Of a stretch of DNA of 64,000 nucleotides, positions 63,321 through 64,000 are shown piece by piece. The number at the start of each line of letters is the position of its first letter. Within the stretch, counting starts at the first letter, position 1. The position numbers and the translations under genes are program-made. The DNA is from Squalus acanthias (taxonomy: Eukaryota): positions 7,626,001 through 7,690,000 of the forward strand of contig CM059453.1 in NCBI GenBank assembly GCA_030390025.1, given 5' to 3'. The notes beneath the pieces are model-generated. The model was not told the DNA's origin, did not search any database, and worked only from the letters and a program-made list of their open reading frames with translations.

Positions 63321-64000
63321 GAGCTATTTAAAAAATGTCCCTGCATTTTTCCACGGCCAATTTTCCAATTATGCCCCCTTCTGAACATCGCGTTTCTTGT
63401 TGAAATGTGATTCCCGCCGGCAGCTCTCAAATGATCAGATCTTAGCTTTCAAGCCTCAAAGCGAGTGTCGGCGGGATTTTTAACAGGAGCGGGAGCACTG
63501 ACTGACCTTTAAGTGCCTAGCCCAGTTGAGCTAGACAGCAAACAGACTGATTGCTGTATTGGTTCTTGGTTTTTCAGAATGTTGGACAATCTACAATTGC
63601 AATTTAAATTGCAGTTTATTATAATTTCACTGGTTCCTCCTGCAGCCCGAGGTTTTGCTTGTTTCATGTTCTGTGTGAATGAAGTCTTCGCAATCCAATA
63701 GCGCCACACAGTGGCAGACCAACAGCATTACATAGGCGATCTGTCACTGTATCATCAGACACATCTGAGTCCAACAGGGGCAGAAATCCCGCATCTTGCG
63801 CAGACAAACTGCTAGTTTACCTCACCCAACCCAACATAGACTGTTTAAGTATGTACAGGTGCGTTGACCGAAGCAGATGCGGATGGAGAATGTGCTCTGC
63901 TTGATGCGATGCACTTGCTTCCTTTGTCCGTTAGATGGCGTGCGCTGTGATCTGGTCGCTTTGTGCACAACCTCTCCAAGCGCAAAAGACCATTTGAACC

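Overview
Vertebrate genomic DNA, most likely from a cartilaginous fish (shark-type CR1 LINEs, DeuSINE-like SINEs, a 69-bp minisatellite); no prokaryotic features. The window holds a rearranging cluster of Siglec/MAG/CD33-like Ig-superfamily receptor genes that the ORF track only shows in pieces. I reconstructed the exons from splice signals and paralog comparison. Gene A (minus, 1-5261) is a heavily broken pseudogene that runs off the left edge. Gene B (minus, 22604-34309) has leader, V-set, three C2-type domains, TM and a tail with 2 ITIMs plus an ITSM-like motif; its only lesion is one stop in the D3 exon. Fragment D (plus, 44300-44966) is a truncated inverted copy of A. Gene C (plus, 47404-~56826) is an inverted paralog of B, head-to-head with it. 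E (plus, 60993-61214) is an orphan ITIM/ITSM tail exon. Best candidate system: B and C look like an inhibitory/activating pair. B has a neutral TM, intact ITIMs and lacks the sialic-acid Arg; C has an Arg in the TM, stops before its distal ITIM/ITSM and keeps the sialic-acid Arg. All three D3 exons are independently disabled, and the complete ones in B and C can be skipped in frame. Both B and C may instead be recent pseudogenes. The rest is CR1 LINEs (one retaining the SGNH-esterase part of ORF1 plus all of ORF2), a Tx1 fragment, SINEs, about 12 copies of a hairpin-rich Harbinger-like MITE family, three minisatellite types, a tRNA-Asp pseudogene and a 141-N gap.
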